From positions 64,001 to 128,000 of the IMG/VR virus record IMGVR_UViG_3300027858_000004: a DNA stretch of 64,000 bases. One strand, written 5' to 3'. This DNA comes from a virus (taxonomy: Duplodnaviria; Caudoviricetes). Position numbers and translations under genes: made by a program. The notes beneath the pieces are model-generated. The model ran no database searches. It was given only the letters and a program-made list of their open reading frames with translations, and had not been told where the DNA came from. Shown here one piece after another: positions 1 to 10,997 of this stretch. Positions within the stretch are counted from its first letter, which is position 1. Each line of letters begins with the position of its first letter.

Positions 1-43
1 AGGAATAGGATGTACTTGGGTTATCCTTGTTTTTAGTTATTTA

Positions 44-286
44 TTGACATATATAATTTACTTATTTAATGCTTTAAATGTAGATTCACTATTAATTCCT
101 ACTTTTATTATGTTGACTCTATTTATTTTCAACGCTGTAAAAGGAGCTATTAGGTCAGCTCAAAACAAAGCTAATAATATTAAACCGAAAATTAAAGATA
201 AGGCAACTCCATATTCAATGTCAATGCGTGTTTTAACTTATATTTACTTTATCTACATGTTATTTATCTTGATTGTGGGGTCTTAA
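44..286 (+). CDS. small membrane protein (true start probably upstream)
   Basis: ORF with two hydrophobic segments; the TTG start coincides with a regulatory motif. Confidence 0.5.
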   Translation: MTYIIYLFNALNVDSLLIPTFIMLTLFIFNAVKGAIRSAQNKANNIKPKIKDKATPYSMSMRVLTYIYFIYMLFILIVGS

Positions 287-713
287 TATGAAGATTACAG
301 TTGAGTTGGATAGATTCACATTGAATAGAGACATATTGTATAAAGATTTTGAAAAGGCATTAGCAAAAGTTGCCAAAGAGAAAGCTGAAAAGTTGAAACA
401 GCTACTAGAACTATCTATTGAAATGGGAACATTGATTACTCTTACAGATGAGCAACTGCGAGGATTAGGGAAGACGACAGCAATTATTGAAACAGCAAAC
501 GAATTGAATGCGGTAGTCGTAGTGACGAGTTCTTCATATCATTCAGCACATGGATGGAAAATAAAAAATTTAGCAGTAATTTCCAACGTTGAAAGTTGCA
601 GAGGTCTTCGCTTGGGGAGTGATTTCATCGTAGATGAGGGTGTAGATGATGAAATTATTAAAGAGTTAATTAGAAATGGAAACAAATTATTAGGTGGATT
701 TAAGAGACTATAA
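273..713 (+). CDS. hypothetical protein with P-loop-like RGLGKTT and IVDE motifs
   Basis: ORF track; Walker A/B-like motifs. Confidence 0.65.
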   Translation: MWGLNMKITVELDRFTLNRDILYKDFEKALAKVAKEKAEKLKQLLELSIEMGTLITLTDEQLRGLGKTTAIIETANELNAVVVVTSSSYHSAHGWKIKNLAVISNVESCRGLRLGSDFIVDEGVDDEIIKELIRNGNKLLGGFKRL

Positions 714-725
714 AACAAGAGGAGA

Positions 726-965
726 ATGAAAATGAGAGAAGCAATAGAAAAAATAGAATTTCAAATAGAGCTTATTCGCAAGGCAAAAAAACATTTTAAT
801 ATTCAAGATAGAGAGTATTTAGAGTTTACAACTATTCAACAGAATTATATGCAAGCCATCAAAAGCATAGTTGAATTGAAAGATAGAGAAGAAAGACTGT
901 GGAAGATAGTAGACCGTAAGCGCTCTCTTGAACCAGTTTCTACAGATAGTGCAGAAGGGTTTTGA
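726..965 (+). CDS. hypothetical protein
   Basis: GGAG RBS, co-oriented. Confidence 0.7.
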   Translation: MKMREAIEKIEFQIELIRKAKKHFNIQDREYLEFTTIQQNYMQAIKSIVELKDREERLWKIVDRKRSLEPVSTDSAEGF

Positions 966-1186
966 TTATCATCAATAAGCAGAGATATGATATAGATTAT
1001 TCCAAATTATTATGGCAATCTGATTGGATGTATTCAGAAGTAATCGATGACACCATAAGTGATGAAGAAGACTTTGTGGTTGGATGCTATTCTTCATCAG
1101 AAATCCCTGAGATAAGTATGTATATTGACATGGAGCGCAACAAAGTTTTAGAAGTATGGACTTCCTATGAAGAGGATGAGAATTAA
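962..1186 (+). CDS. hypothetical acidic protein
   Basis: TTGA overlap with upstream gene. Confidence 0.65.
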   Translation: MIIINKQRYDIDYSKLLWQSDWMYSEVIDDTISDEEDFVVGCYSSSEIPEISMYIDMERNKVLEVWTSYEEDEN

Positions 1187-1690
1187 ATGAACACTGAAAC
1201 ATCTTGCTGTTTTACTGGTCACAGACCTGAAAAGCTACCTAATGGATACAACATGCTTGGAGAAGAAAACTTTAACATGCTCATGAAACTAAAGGAAATA
1301 ATCATAGACCATATTGAGAATAAAAATATAGATACTTTTATAACTGGCATGGCATTAGGAATTGATACTTGGGCAGCATTTATAATATTGAAGTTAAAAC
1401 AAACTTATCCTCATATTAAACTTGTAGCTGCCGTTCCTTGTGCTAACCACAGTATCAAATGGAATCAAGAATCTAGAGACATTCATCAACAGATTCTTGA
1501 TAAGTGTGATACAGTTCACTATGTTTCTGAAGAGCCTTATACACACTGGTGTATGCAAGATAGAAATAAATGGATGGTTGACAACTCTAAATATACCATA
1601 GCAGTTTGGGATGGCACTAAGGGTGGAACAGCGAACTGTGTTAATTATGCTAAGAAGAAAAATAAAGAGATAAGTATTTTACATCCATAG
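1187..1690 (+). CDS. SLOG/YspA (DUF1273) family nucleotide-binding protein
   Basis: FTGHRP, GMALGID, RNKWMVD and WDG..GGT motifs. Confidence 0.85.
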   Translation: MNTETSCCFTGHRPEKLPNGYNMLGEENFNMLMKLKEIIIDHIENKNIDTFITGMALGIDTWAAFIILKLKQTYPHIKLVAAVPCANHSIKWNQESRDIHQQILDKCDTVHYVSEEPYTHWCMQDRNKWMVDNSKYTIAVWDGTKGGTANCVNYAKKKNKEISILHP

Positions 1691-1702
1691 GAGGATAAGA
1701 GA

Positions 1703-1894
1703 ATGCAAGGTAGACTTTGGGATATGACAGAAAGATTTAATGAAGGGCAAAAAGGTAAGAAAAATGATGGGAAAGTGTTGACAATTAGCAATGTACCTAA
1801 GCACATTGGTAACTTGAGCAATGAAGAATTGGACATTCAGTTCAATGAAATAAAAACAGGAACACGAAAAGATGGAGCTAGTTTTATAGAATAG
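1703..1894 (+). CDS. hypothetical protein
   Basis: GGAGG RBS. Confidence 0.65.
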   Translation: MQGRLWDMTERFNEGQKGKKNDGKVLTISNVPKHIGNLSNEELDIQFNEIKTGTRKDGASFIE

Positions 1895-1904
1895 GAGTGA
1901 TTCA

Positions 1905-3620
1905 GTGATTTACACATTAAAAGGTGAGAATGATATATTCAATCCTCTAGAGCAAGTATTAAAGAATCGTGAAATTAAAGACATACAAAAATTCCTGAAT
2001 CCTAGTATAAACGATTTAATCCCATATAATGCACTAAGAAACATGGATAAGGCTATTTATTTACTCTTAAGACACATTAGAGACAATAGTGTCATAGGTG
2101 TTCTAGTAGACCCAGATGCCGATGGAATCAGTAGTTCAGCAAGCTTCGTGTCATATATTAAAAAAGCGTTTCCTGAAATTGAATTAATATTCTACATGCA
2201 CTCAGGAAAACAGCATGGTTTAACTACTGAGATAGTAGAGCAGATTCATGAAACTCAACCAGACTTATTAGTTATTCCAGATGCTGGTTCCAACGATTAT
2301 GAGCAACTTGAAGAACTAAATAAATACCTAGACCTTTTAATTCTTGACCACCATGAATCAGAAAAAGAATCGGAACATGCAATTGTAGTTAATAACCAAC
2401 TGTCTCCTGAGTATGAAAATAAGAGTCTATCAGGTGTTGGTATTGTTTATAAGTTTTTAAAAGCATTAGATGACAAACTAGAATTAGACTATGCAGATGA
2501 ATATTTAGATTTGGTTGCGCTAGGAAACGTTGGAGATGTTATGAGACTAGATGTTCCTGAGACTAGATATTTGGTTTATGAAGGTCTTAAAAACATTAAG
2601 AATGAGTTTCTATTAAACCTAATAGCGAAAAATGCTAAGGACGTAAAAGAAATAACACCGAAAGTATTAAGCTTTAAGATTATTCCTCAGATAAATGCGA
2701 TGATTCGTGTGGGAGACGCAGAACAAAAGCTAGATGTATTTAGAGCTATGGTTGGAGAGCAAGAAGAGTTCTTTAATACTCGCACGAAGAAGACTGAAAC
2801 ATTGCCACAGAAAGCAGCTAGACTTTGTACTAATGCCTACGCTAAGCAAAGACGAGTGAGAGACAAGTGGACTGAGATAATCAAACTACAGATTGAAGAA
2901 CAAGAGCTTGATAAGAATGCTTTCATTGTGTTAAACGTTGATAACTTTGATAAAGAGCTTTCAGGATACATTGCTTCCAACCTCACAGGAATTTATAAAA
3001 AACCTGTTTTATTAATGAGTTGGAACGAAGAGTCTAAGTCCTATACTGGAAGCCTACGTGGATATGAAACAGTAATACGTGATTCTAAGTCATTCCTTAA
3101 TTCATTGGAAGCATTTGAATTTGTTAGTGGACATGCTAATGCGGCTGGTTTCTCAATTAAGAAAGATGAACTAGAAAAACTACCTGATTTAATTAATGAA
3201 AAAATGGAATATACGAATGCCGATTCAGAGCCAACAGAAGTTGACTTTGTGCTAACTGAAAAAGGTTTGACTTTAAACCTTATAAACGATATAATTAAAT
3301 ACGAAGGACTTTGGGGATTCGGGGCATCAGAACCATTGTTTGCTGTAAAAGATATAGAGGTAGACGTTTCTAAAATTATTATTAATAAGCTAACTGGTAG
3401 ATTTATGCTAAATGGAATAGAGTTCATTCAGTTCCAATTAAATGATAATCTAGTGGAGTTGGCAGGTCAGAATAAGATTGCAACATGTGATTTTGTTGGG
3501 AAAGTCAATGTGAACAATTGGCTAGGAAAGGTAACATCCCAGTTCATAATAGAAGCTGTTGATATTAAAGAAACGAAAGATAACGACCTTACATTTGATT
3601 TGTTTGACTTGTTTGGATAA
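1905..3620 (+). CDS. recJ: RecJ-like ssDNA exonuclease (DHH family; SPbeta YorK-like)
   Basis: DPDADG, DHH, SGVG, GSLRG and GHANAAG motifs. Confidence 0.9.
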   Translation: MIYTLKGENDIFNPLEQVLKNREIKDIQKFLNPSINDLIPYNALRNMDKAIYLLLRHIRDNSVIGVLVDPDADGISSSASFVSYIKKAFPEIELIFYMHSGKQHGLTTEIVEQIHETQPDLLVIPDAGSNDYEQLEELNKYLDLLILDHHESEKESEHAIVVNNQLSPEYENKSLSGVGIVYKFLKALDDKLELDYADEYLDLVALGNVGDVMRLDVPETRYLVYEGLKNIKNEFLLNLIAKNAKDVKEITPKVLSFKIIPQINAMIRVGDAEQKLDVFRAMVGEQEEFFNTRTKKTETLPQKAARLCTNAYAKQRRVRDKWTEIIKLQIEEQELDKNAFIVLNVDNFDKELSGYIASNLTGIYKKPVLLMSWNEESKSYTGSLRGYETVIRDSKSFLNSLEAFEFVSGHANAAGFSIKKDELEKLPDLINEKMEYTNADSEPTEVDFVLTEKGLTLNLINDIIKYEGLWGFGASEPLFAVKDIEVDVSKIIINKLTGRFMLNGIEFIQFQLNDNLVELAGQNKIATCDFVGKVNVNNWLGKVTSQFIIEAVDIKETKDNDLTFDLFDLFG

Positions 3621-3636
3621 AGTTATAAGTTATGTA

Positions 3637-3665
3637 TTGACAAATGTAATATAACGTGATAAGAT
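3637..3665 (+). promoter_or_regulatory. sigA-type promoter
   Basis: TTGACA-17bp-(TG)TAAGAT. Confidence 0.75.
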
Positions 3666-3698
3666 AGTGGTTGTAGAGATAATCTGCAACCACTTTTT
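3666..3698 (+). terminator. intrinsic terminator after recJ
   Basis: AGTGGTTGTAGA/TCTGCAACCACT stem plus T-tract. Confidence 0.75.
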
Positions 3699-3726
3699 CT
3701 ATTATAAAATAAAAGGAGGTAATTGT

Positions 3727-6700
3727 TTGTGTAAATCAACAAGACATGAGTTTCACTCTCATTCACCATTCAGTAACATTAGGTTGCTCGATGCCATATC
3801 AACAATAGAAGACCTGATTCAGAAGTCTGCTGATATGGGATTAAAGGGAATTGCAATCACTGACCATGAGACTGTGGCAGCTCACGTTAAAGCAATTCAA
3901 AAAGTAAGAGAGTTGAAAGAGAAAAAGAAGATACCTCAAGATTTCAAATTAACTCTTGGGAATGAAATCTATCTAGTTAACTCAATGGAAGAGGTTCAAG
4001 ATAACTATGAATCAGGAGTTACTAAGTTTCCACACTTTCTGCTGTTAGCTAAAGATATTGAAGCGCATGAGATGTTACGAGGTCTTTCAAGCCAAGCATG
4101 GAGTCAATCTTTCTATACTGGGGCAATGGAGCGTGTACCAACCACTAAAGCACAGTTAGAAGAGGCTATTAGAAGCAATCCTAATAAGTTGGTTGGTAGC
4201 TCAGCGTGTCTAGGTTCAGAATCAAGTATTCACATTCTAAATGGTGACTTCGACAAAGCAAAAGATTTCCTGAAATGGTGTTCTAATCTATTTGGAAAAG
4301 GAAACTTCTTCTTAGAAATGCAACCAGCAATTGGTGGAGAGCAACGTATCGTCAATGAAAAGTTAATTGAGTTTTCTAATGAACTAGGTATTGACTTAAT
4401 AATTACTTCGGATGTTCACTATTTACGACCTGAAGATGCAGACATACACTCTTCATATCTTAACTCAAAAGGTGGGGAACGAGAAGTAGCAGAGTTCTAC
4501 TCAAACACTTACCTTCATACAAACGAGGAAATATATGAAAAACTAAGCTATATAGATGAATCAATTATTACCAAGGCATTAGAAAACACCCTAAAGATTG
4601 GTGAAATGATTGAAGAATACACTATTGAAGCGGATATAGTTATTCCTAAGATTACATTGCCAGAATTCACTTTAAGACATTTATTTAAAAAAGGTTATAA
4701 ACGATATAATTACATTTATGAAATGGCGCATAGTGAAAATGAACAGGATAGATATTTAATCCACTTAATTGAGGAAGGATTTCTAGAATATATTCCATAC
4801 CAATCAGTTAGTCAAGAGTATTTCCATACTATGATGGCTAGGATTAATATTGAGCTGGAACAACTTTGGGAAATATCCAAGGTACTAAATCAAGCTATGT
4901 CAGCTTATTACGTTACAGTTGCTAAGATTGTTGACCTAATGTGGGGAGATGACTGTGGTGAAGATAGTAAAACAGAAGGCTCATTAGTTGGTAGTGGACG
5001 TGGTAGTGCTGTAGCGTTCTTTATTAACTATCTAACTGGTATCACACAAGTTAATCCATTAGTATACGGGATTGAAGTCCCATACTGGAGACATTTAAGT
5101 AAAGATATGCCTAGCATTAGCGCACTAGATGTAGACGTTGATATCAATGGAACCAAGAAACACTATATCTTTGAGCGAATGAAGAGGTTTTTCGGTGAAG
5201 ATAGGTTCCTACAAGTTTGTACATTTGGTACTGAGGGTTCTAAATCAGCCATTCAAACAGCTTGTCGAGGTCTTGGGTATGATACAGACATAGCACAATA
5301 TATTAGTTCTCTTATTCCTTTTGAAAGAGGGGCAAACTGGAGCATTAAAGATTGTCTATATGGTGATGTAGAGGAAGACAGAAAGCCTGTAAGAGAGTTT
5401 ATTAAAGAAATAGAACAATATCCGAAGTTGAAAGAAACTGCTTTGAAAATTGAAGGTCTAGTTAATAAGCGCTCTGTTCATGCTGGTGGAGTTTTAATTA
5501 TGAATGATTCATATGTGAAAACAAATGCCATGATGAAGTCTCCTAAAGGGGTTATGACCACTCAGTTTAATCTTGATGACTCGCAAGCACTAGGAAATAT
5601 TAAATATGATATTTTAACTATCGAAGCGATGGAGAAAATTCAAACAACAATGGATTTATTACTTAAAGAGAAAGAAATGATTTGGCAAGGGACACTGAGA
5701 AAAACATTCAATAAGTACTTGCATCCAGAGATTATTGATAAAGAGAATCCAAAACTATTCGAAATGGCTAGTAGTGGAACAATTCCAGACCTATTCCAGT
5801 TCTCCACAGCAATTGGTCACAGTACGATTAAGAAAGTACAACCAAAAAATCTAATTGAAATGGTCGCTACCAACTCATTAATGAGACTGCAATCAGAAGG
5901 TATGGAACAGCCTATTGACACTTTCATTCGATTTAAGAATGACATTTCACTTTGGTATGATGAAATGCGTAAGTGGGGATTAGATGAAAATGAAGTTAAA
6001 ATAATGGAAGAACATCTCCTTCCATTAAATGGTGTTGCAGATACACAGGAATCAGTAATGCTAATGGCAATGGATAAGAGGGTCGCAAGTTTTAATGTTA
6101 AGGAATCAACAACCCTACGCAAAAGTATTGCCAAAAAGAATAAAGAGATAGCAATTACAGCTAGAGATATTCTAATGGAAAAAGGTTTTGCGCAAGGAAC
6201 TAGCGAGGCACTACTCGATTACGTTTGGTATCAAATAAGTCGAATGTTATCTTATGCTTTCAGCTCTCCACACACATTGGCATATAGTTTAATTGCTATG
6301 GAACAGCTTAATCTCAATATGAATTACAATCCTTTATACTGGAACACTGCTGTCTTAACAGTTAACTCAGGCTCTCAGGAAGTAGAAGAGGGAGAGAAGA
6401 AGAAAACAACCAAGTACGGTAAGACAGCATCAGCAATAGGTAAAATGAAGAGCTTCGGTGTCAATGTTTCTCTACCTTTAATCAACTCAGCAGGATTTGG
6501 ATTTGAAACTGATATTAAAAACAATAGAATCATATTCAGTTTAAAAGGTATCGTTGGAGTTGGTGATGATGCAGTATACGAAATTATCAACAATAGACCA
6601 TACACTTCATTCGATGATTTCTATGATAGACTTTATTTAACTAAAAAGGTTCAAAAGAAACACATTATTAAACTAGTTAAAGCAGGAGCGTTTGACGAGT

Positions 6701-7626
6701 TTGGTGAGCGCATTGAAATAATGAAAAAGCTTGTTTTTAAAGAAGTTGATATGAAAGACAAGCTAACGATGGCAAACCTACCAAGAGCTATAGAAATCGG
6801 TCTCCTAGACGGTGAAAAACTAGAAATCTACAAGCGATTAATAGAGTTCAAGAAATATATTTCTAAATCTGTTGTAAGAACCATTCCCAAGCCAAAAGAC
6901 AAGATTCTTGGACTGGATAATACAGCTCAAGTATTCTTAATGGAGCATTTTACAGATGTTAAGTATGAGTATGAGGACAATATCATGACAATATCTGAAA
7001 AAGAATTCAGCAAATCATATGACATCATCATGGAACCAATTAAAGAGCTGATAAATACAAAGCCGTTCCTGAATGCTTTCAATAAGGCTCAATTTATAGA
7101 ACTTTGGGATGATATGGCTAGTGGAACAGTATCTTCTTGGGAGATGGAATCAGTGTCGTTCTATGATTCTGAACATGAGTTGGAGCACTTAGATAGGGAC
7201 AAATATGGCATTGCCAACTGGAATGAAATAGACCCTATACCTGAGATTGTTGAGACATATGTGTCCAGAGGTAGAGAATATAAAAACAATAGGCTATTCT
7301 CATTAGTGGGAACAGTTTTAGATAAAGATAAGAATAAGCATACTGTCACAATACTAACCCCTGATGGAGTAGTCACATGTAAAATGTATGGTGGGGCATT
7401 TACCCATTATGATAAACAAATATCAGTAGTTGAAGGAGGCAAGAAGAGAGTTGTTGAAAAATCTTGGTTCACACGAGGTAATTTACTGTTTGTCACTGGA
7501 TTTAGAAGGGAAGACCAATTTGTACTAAAGACATATAAGAACTCGCCACATGCACACACAATAAACCTGATTACAGGTATAGAAGGGACAGAAGTGAAAC
7601 TACAGTCGGAACGCACTAAGGGTTAA
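3727..7626 (+). CDS. dnaE: DNA polymerase III alpha subunit (SPbeta YorL-like)
   Basis: PHP domain (HSHS, AITDH, TSDVHY), GSGRGS, DVDVD, HAGG, YAFSSPH, C-terminal OB fold; TTG start at 3727 after AAAGGAGGT. Confidence 0.95.
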   Translation: MCKSTRHEFHSHSPFSNIRLLDAISTIEDLIQKSADMGLKGIAITDHETVAAHVKAIQKVRELKEKKKIPQDFKLTLGNEIYLVNSMEEVQDNYESGVTKFPHFLLLAKDIEAHEMLRGLSSQAWSQSFYTGAMERVPTTKAQLEEAIRSNPNKLVGSSACLGSESSIHILNGDFDKAKDFLKWCSNLFGKGNFFLEMQPAIGGEQRIVNEKLIEFSNELGIDLIITSDVHYLRPEDADIHSSYLNSKGGEREVAEFYSNTYLHTNEEIYEKLSYIDESIITKALENTLKIGEMIEEYTIEADIVIPKITLPEFTLRHLFKKGYKRYNYIYEMAHSENEQDRYLIHLIEEGFLEYIPYQSVSQEYFHTMMARINIELEQLWEISKVLNQAMSAYYVTVAKIVDLMWGDDCGEDSKTEGSLVGSGRGSAVAFFINYLTGITQVNPLVYGIEVPYWRHLSKDMPSISALDVDVDINGTKKHYIFERMKRFFGEDRFLQVCTFGTEGSKSAIQTACRGLGYDTDIAQYISSLIPFERGANWSIKDCLYGDVEEDRKPVREFIKEIEQYPKLKETALKIEGLVNKRSVHAGGVLIMNDSYVKTNAMMKSPKGVMTTQFNLDDSQALGNIKYDILTIEAMEKIQTTMDLLLKEKEMIWQGTLRKTFNKYLHPEIIDKENPKLFEMASSGTIPDLFQFSTAIGHSTIKKVQPKNLIEMVATNSLMRLQSEGMEQPIDTFIRFKNDISLWYDEMRKWGLDENEVKIMEEHLLPLNGVADTQESVMLMAMDKRVASFNVKESTTLRKSIAKKNKEIAITARDILMEKGFAQGTSEALLDYVWYQISRMLSYAFSSPHTLAYSLIAMEQLNLNMNYNPLYWNTAVLTVNSGSQEVEEGEKKKTTKYGKTASAIGKMKSFGVNVSLPLINSAGFGFETDIKNNRIIFSLKGIVGVGDDAVYEIINNRPYTSFDDFYDRLYLTKKVQKKHIIKLVKAGAFDEFGERIEIMKKLVFKEVDMKDKLTMANLPRAIEIGLLDGEKLEIYKRLIEFKKYISKSVVRTIPKPKDKILGLDNTAQVFLMEHFTDVKYEYEDNIMTISEKEFSKSYDIIMEPIKELINTKPFLNAFNKAQFIELWDDMASGTVSSWEMESVSFYDSEHELEHLDRDKYGIANWNEIDPIPEIVETYVSRGREYKNNRLFSLVGTVLDKDKNKHTVTILTPDGVVTCKMYGGAFTHYDKQISVVEGGKKRVVEKSWFTRGNLLFVTGFRREDQFVLKTYKNSPHAHTINLITGIEGTEVKLQSERTKG

Positions 7627-7655
7627 TTAGTCATTATGAGTAAGAGACTGTAGGA

Positions 7656-8360
7656 TTGAGCGTATATATGAAAACGAGAAAGAAAGCACCACTTAAGATT
7701 ATTTCAAGATTACTAATGGGAGTAATTATTATAGGAGGATTCATTTTCTCAGTTGATTTATTGAATAAGATGAATGAACCATGTTACGATGGTTGCACAT
7801 CTGATGATAGCAGCGACATCATGGAAAGAGAAATAAATGATTATAAACTAGCTATTTTCAAAACTGAAGTAGAAGAAGCTAAGATTCTAATAGCTGAAGA
7901 AAAAGAAAGAAAGCGATTAGCCGATATTGAAGCCAAGAAAGTTGCAGAGCTTGAAGCCAAAAGAGTAGCCAAACAAAAGGCTAAAGAAGAAGCAAAGAAA
8001 GCAGAGAAAGAAAAGTATGTTGCAGTGAGTAGAGGAAGTAAAACACAAGGAAACTGGATTGTCTTTGAGGCAACACACTATTCAGCTTTTTGCAATACAG
8101 GATGCACTGGAGTTACAGCTTTGGGGTGGAATGTGAAAAACACTATCTATCATAGTGGACTTCGAGTAATTGCAGTAGACCCTTCCACTATTCCTTTGGG
8201 TTCAATGGTGGAAGTTAAAACCTCATATGGTTCATTTAAAGCATTAGCTGGCGATACTGGAGGGGACATTAATAACTATAGAATAGATATACTAGTTGAG
8301 AACGACACTGTAGCCAACCGACTTGGAAGAGAAAAAGTACAAGTAAGATTAATTAAATAA
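7656..8360 (+). CDS. membrane-anchored 3D-domain cell-wall protein (YorM-like)
   Basis: N-terminal TM, coiled coil, IAVDP..IPLG, DTGG and RIDIL motifs. Confidence 0.85.
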   Translation: MSVYMKTRKKAPLKIISRLLMGVIIIGGFIFSVDLLNKMNEPCYDGCTSDDSSDIMEREINDYKLAIFKTEVEEAKILIAEEKERKRLADIEAKKVAELEAKRVAKQKAKEEAKKAEKEKYVAVSRGSKTQGNWIVFEATHYSAFCNTGCTGVTALGWNVKNTIYHSGLRVIAVDPSTIPLGSMVEVKTSYGSFKALAGDTGGDINNYRIDILVENDTVANRLGREKVQVRLIK

Positions 8361-8376
8361 AGTTTTAAATTAGTTA

Positions 8377-8405
8377 TTGACATTAATATTAAAATGTGAT
8401 ATAGT
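8377..8405 (+). promoter_or_regulatory. sigA-type promoter
   Basis: TTGACA-17bp-(TG)TATAGT. Confidence 0.75.
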
Positions 8406-8481
8406 TATATTTGTAGAGAAGAGGGTAAGAAAAATATTCCTTCTCTATAAAAACTACTTAATTAAAACGGAGGAATACACT

Positions 8482-8982
8482 ATGATAAAATGGTTAAAAG
8501 AAAAAATCTTCAACAGTGAGAAAAAGACAGGTGAATTAGATTTACTTGAAAATAGAAAAGAATATTTGGCTAGTATGAATGAAGGAACAACAAAAGAGTT
8601 TTACGACCAAGTTTCCGAAGAAAATTTAAACAATCACTTTATGAACGTAGTGGAATTACAATATCTAAAAGAAGAACGAGAAAATTCTCCCCAACCATTA
8701 AAAATGACAGATGCTGCATTCAACTATTATAAAAACAGTGTAAAAGGTAATAAGCATATCTCTTATGAACAGGCTTGCTTAAAGATGACGAGAAACATGA
8801 TGCTTGCTCTACCAGTGAATAAGAAAAATGGAAGAATAATCTACATGTATGGAACACTCCACTTCTCAATAAAGAATGGCAGAGTGAGTTGGATTATGAA
8901 TAACCGACCAATTCCTGCTGTATGGTACAAAGATAGAGTTCGCTATGATGAAATAACTAAAATGCTAGGAATTATTGATTAA
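8482..8982 (+). CDS. hypothetical protein
   Basis: GGAGGA RBS before ATG 8482. Confidence 0.75.
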   Translation: MIKWLKEKIFNSEKKTGELDLLENRKEYLASMNEGTTKEFYDQVSEENLNNHFMNVVELQYLKEERENSPQPLKMTDAAFNYYKNSVKGNKHISYEQACLKMTRNMMLALPVNKKNGRIIYMYGTLHFSIKNGRVSWIMNNRPIPAVWYKDRVRYDEITKMLGIID

Positions 8983-9019
8983 TTAACTATAAATTACTTA
9001 ATGACAAAGGAGAGTATAA

Positions 9020-10300
9020 ATGACAAATATTGTGTCGATATATGCTATAGCTCAGAAAATAAAAAATACACCAGGTAAAAAAGCTAAAGAGGCATTACTT
9101 CAAAAGCAAGTAGATAATGATGACTTTAAGAAGTTTCTAAAATTTGTTTATGACCCTTCATTAGTATATGGATTACAAGAAAAGAAGATAAAGAAATTCT
9201 TAGGACAATCAGAAAGTAAAGAGTTAGGATTTAATAATATATTCCTTTTATTTGAATATTTAATAGAAAATAATTCAGGAACAGATAAGAATGCTATGAA
9301 AGTTGCCCATTTTATCGACAAGCAAGAAGAAGAGCACAAGCAATTTGTACTTGAGGCTATTACTAAAACGCTAAAACTGGGTGTTGAGAAGACTATTTCC
9401 AAAGTGTTCCCAGATATTATTGAGCAGTTTGAAGTCATGCGAGGAAAGTCATACTCAGATTACAAGAATAAAATTAAAGGTAGGCTGTTCGTTCTAGCAG
9501 AAAAGAAGAACGGAATACGTTGCATCACTGAAAAGAAAGGTGATTCAGTGCTATTCAAGACTCGTCAAAACAAGATTATCAGTGGCTTAAATGGCATTCA
9601 TGCCGAAATGTTAGCGCTAGACGATGGAATATACGATGGTGAGTTAGTTATCAAAGAATCATGGAAGTATAAACTTCGTGATGTATTACAGCAAACAATG
9701 AAAATTGTGAACTCCGATGATGAAGATAAGATTGTTGACTATTGGATTTTTGATTTACTAACTCCTGATGAGTTCCATGTAACTGTTGCAAGCAGAAACT
9801 ACTTTGAGCGTAGAGATAGTGCAGTGTTGTCATTGAATAAGCATGAGCTTAATCATGTTAAGATGATTCCTGAGCTATATCGTGGAAAAGACTTAGATGT
9901 AGTGGACAAGCTTCTAGACGAGGTTGTTGAAGAAGGTAAAGAAGGACTAATGATGAACTTTGACTTACCATTTAAAACAGGAAAGACAAATAACATTCTT
10001 AAAATTAAGAAAAAGTACTCTTCTGATTTAAAAGTTATCGGATTTGAAGAAGGCAAAGGTAAAAACAAAGGCAAGCTAGGAGCATTAATCTTAGACTATA
10101 AGGGATTCCCACTAGGCTGTTCTGGTATGACTGATGAAGAGCGAGTTGAGATTTGGAATAATCAGGCTAAGTACTTGGGAGTAGTTGTTGAAATCACTCA
10201 TGAGCAAGAGTCAACCAACGATAAGGGTGGAGTATCCCTAGAATATCCAAGTTTTGAAATGTGGAGATTTGATAAGGACGAAGTAAGTTACGCTCATTAA
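9020..10300 (+). CDS. lig: ATP-dependent DNA ligase
   Basis: EKKNGIR (motif I), YDGEL, IFDLL, EGLM, KIKK, OB domain. Confidence 0.9.
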   Translation: MTNIVSIYAIAQKIKNTPGKKAKEALLQKQVDNDDFKKFLKFVYDPSLVYGLQEKKIKKFLGQSESKELGFNNIFLLFEYLIENNSGTDKNAMKVAHFIDKQEEEHKQFVLEAITKTLKLGVEKTISKVFPDIIEQFEVMRGKSYSDYKNKIKGRLFVLAEKKNGIRCITEKKGDSVLFKTRQNKIISGLNGIHAEMLALDDGIYDGELVIKESWKYKLRDVLQQTMKIVNSDDEDKIVDYWIFDLLTPDEFHVTVASRNYFERRDSAVLSLNKHELNHVKMIPELYRGKDLDVVDKLLDEVVEEGKEGLMMNFDLPFKTGKTNNILKIKKKYSSDLKVIGFEEGKGKNKGKLGALILDYKGFPLGCSGMTDEERVEIWNNQAKYLGVVVEITHEQESTNDKGGVSLEYPSFEMWRFDKDEVSYAH

Positions 10301-10331
10301 TTTATAAACTATTTATTGACAACGGAGGAGA

Positions 10332-10997
10332 ATGTATATGAATAAATTTAAAATTGGTGACAAAGTTGTACCTATTGATAAAACTCGTGGAAATGGACTG
10401 CGCTCTTCAGCGCATTGGGCAATGGCTAGAGACATGAATCAGCCGTTTCTTTATGTGAATAGTTGTGGGAGTGAACATGTTTATGCATGTGGATACAGCA
10501 AGTCGACTGTGAGTGGAGATTTTTTCAATGAGGTTGATTTAATACTATACGAGGAAAATACTATTGACCCTAATCTGCCTAATATCACAGAAGGACAAGC
10601 AAAGATTATTGAGCATCTTAAGGAATCTTGGGGAGAGCTAACAATGATTGAGCTTCATCTTTCTGGAGACCACTGGACTAGTGAGAGAAATATTTTAAAT
10701 ACAATTGACCCACTAGAATTCATTAAAGCTGTTACATCAGGATACAACATAGTTAAAACTGGTCTTGAGTGGATTGCAACCCCTGATGAATTAGAACTTA
10801 ATGGAATAATAATTAGAAGTAATTGGGATGACTGGAATAAGGCAAAAATAGAGTATAGAGCACAGCCCTCGGACTCAGAGCATAACAGACCCTTCTATAT
10901 TAATATAAAAAATGATTATACGGGCTTCACAATTGACGATGCGAAAGAACTAAAGGATTACTTAATACAAAAAATAGAATACTTAGAAAGCGAATAA
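10332..10997 (+). CDS. hypothetical protein
   Basis: GGAGG RBS, long ORF. Confidence 0.75.
   Translation: MYMNKFKIGDKVVPIDKTRGNGLRSSAHWAMARDMNQPFLYVNSCGSEHVYACGYSKSTVSGDFFNEVDLILYEENTIDPNLPNITEGQAKIIEHLKESWGELTMIELHLSGDHWTSERNILNTIDPLEFIKAVTSGYNIVKTGLEWIATPDELELNGIIIRSNWDDWNKAKIEYRAQPSDSEHNRPFYINIKNDYTGFTIDDAKELKDYLIQKIEYLESE

Noticed and set aside
3667-3726. N-terminal extension of DnaE from GTG 3667 (likewise ORF-track starts at 8377, 17131, 19639, 26592, 32741, 51545)
   Set aside because: These overlap promoters, terminators or neighbouring genes; better RBS-linked starts lie downstream.
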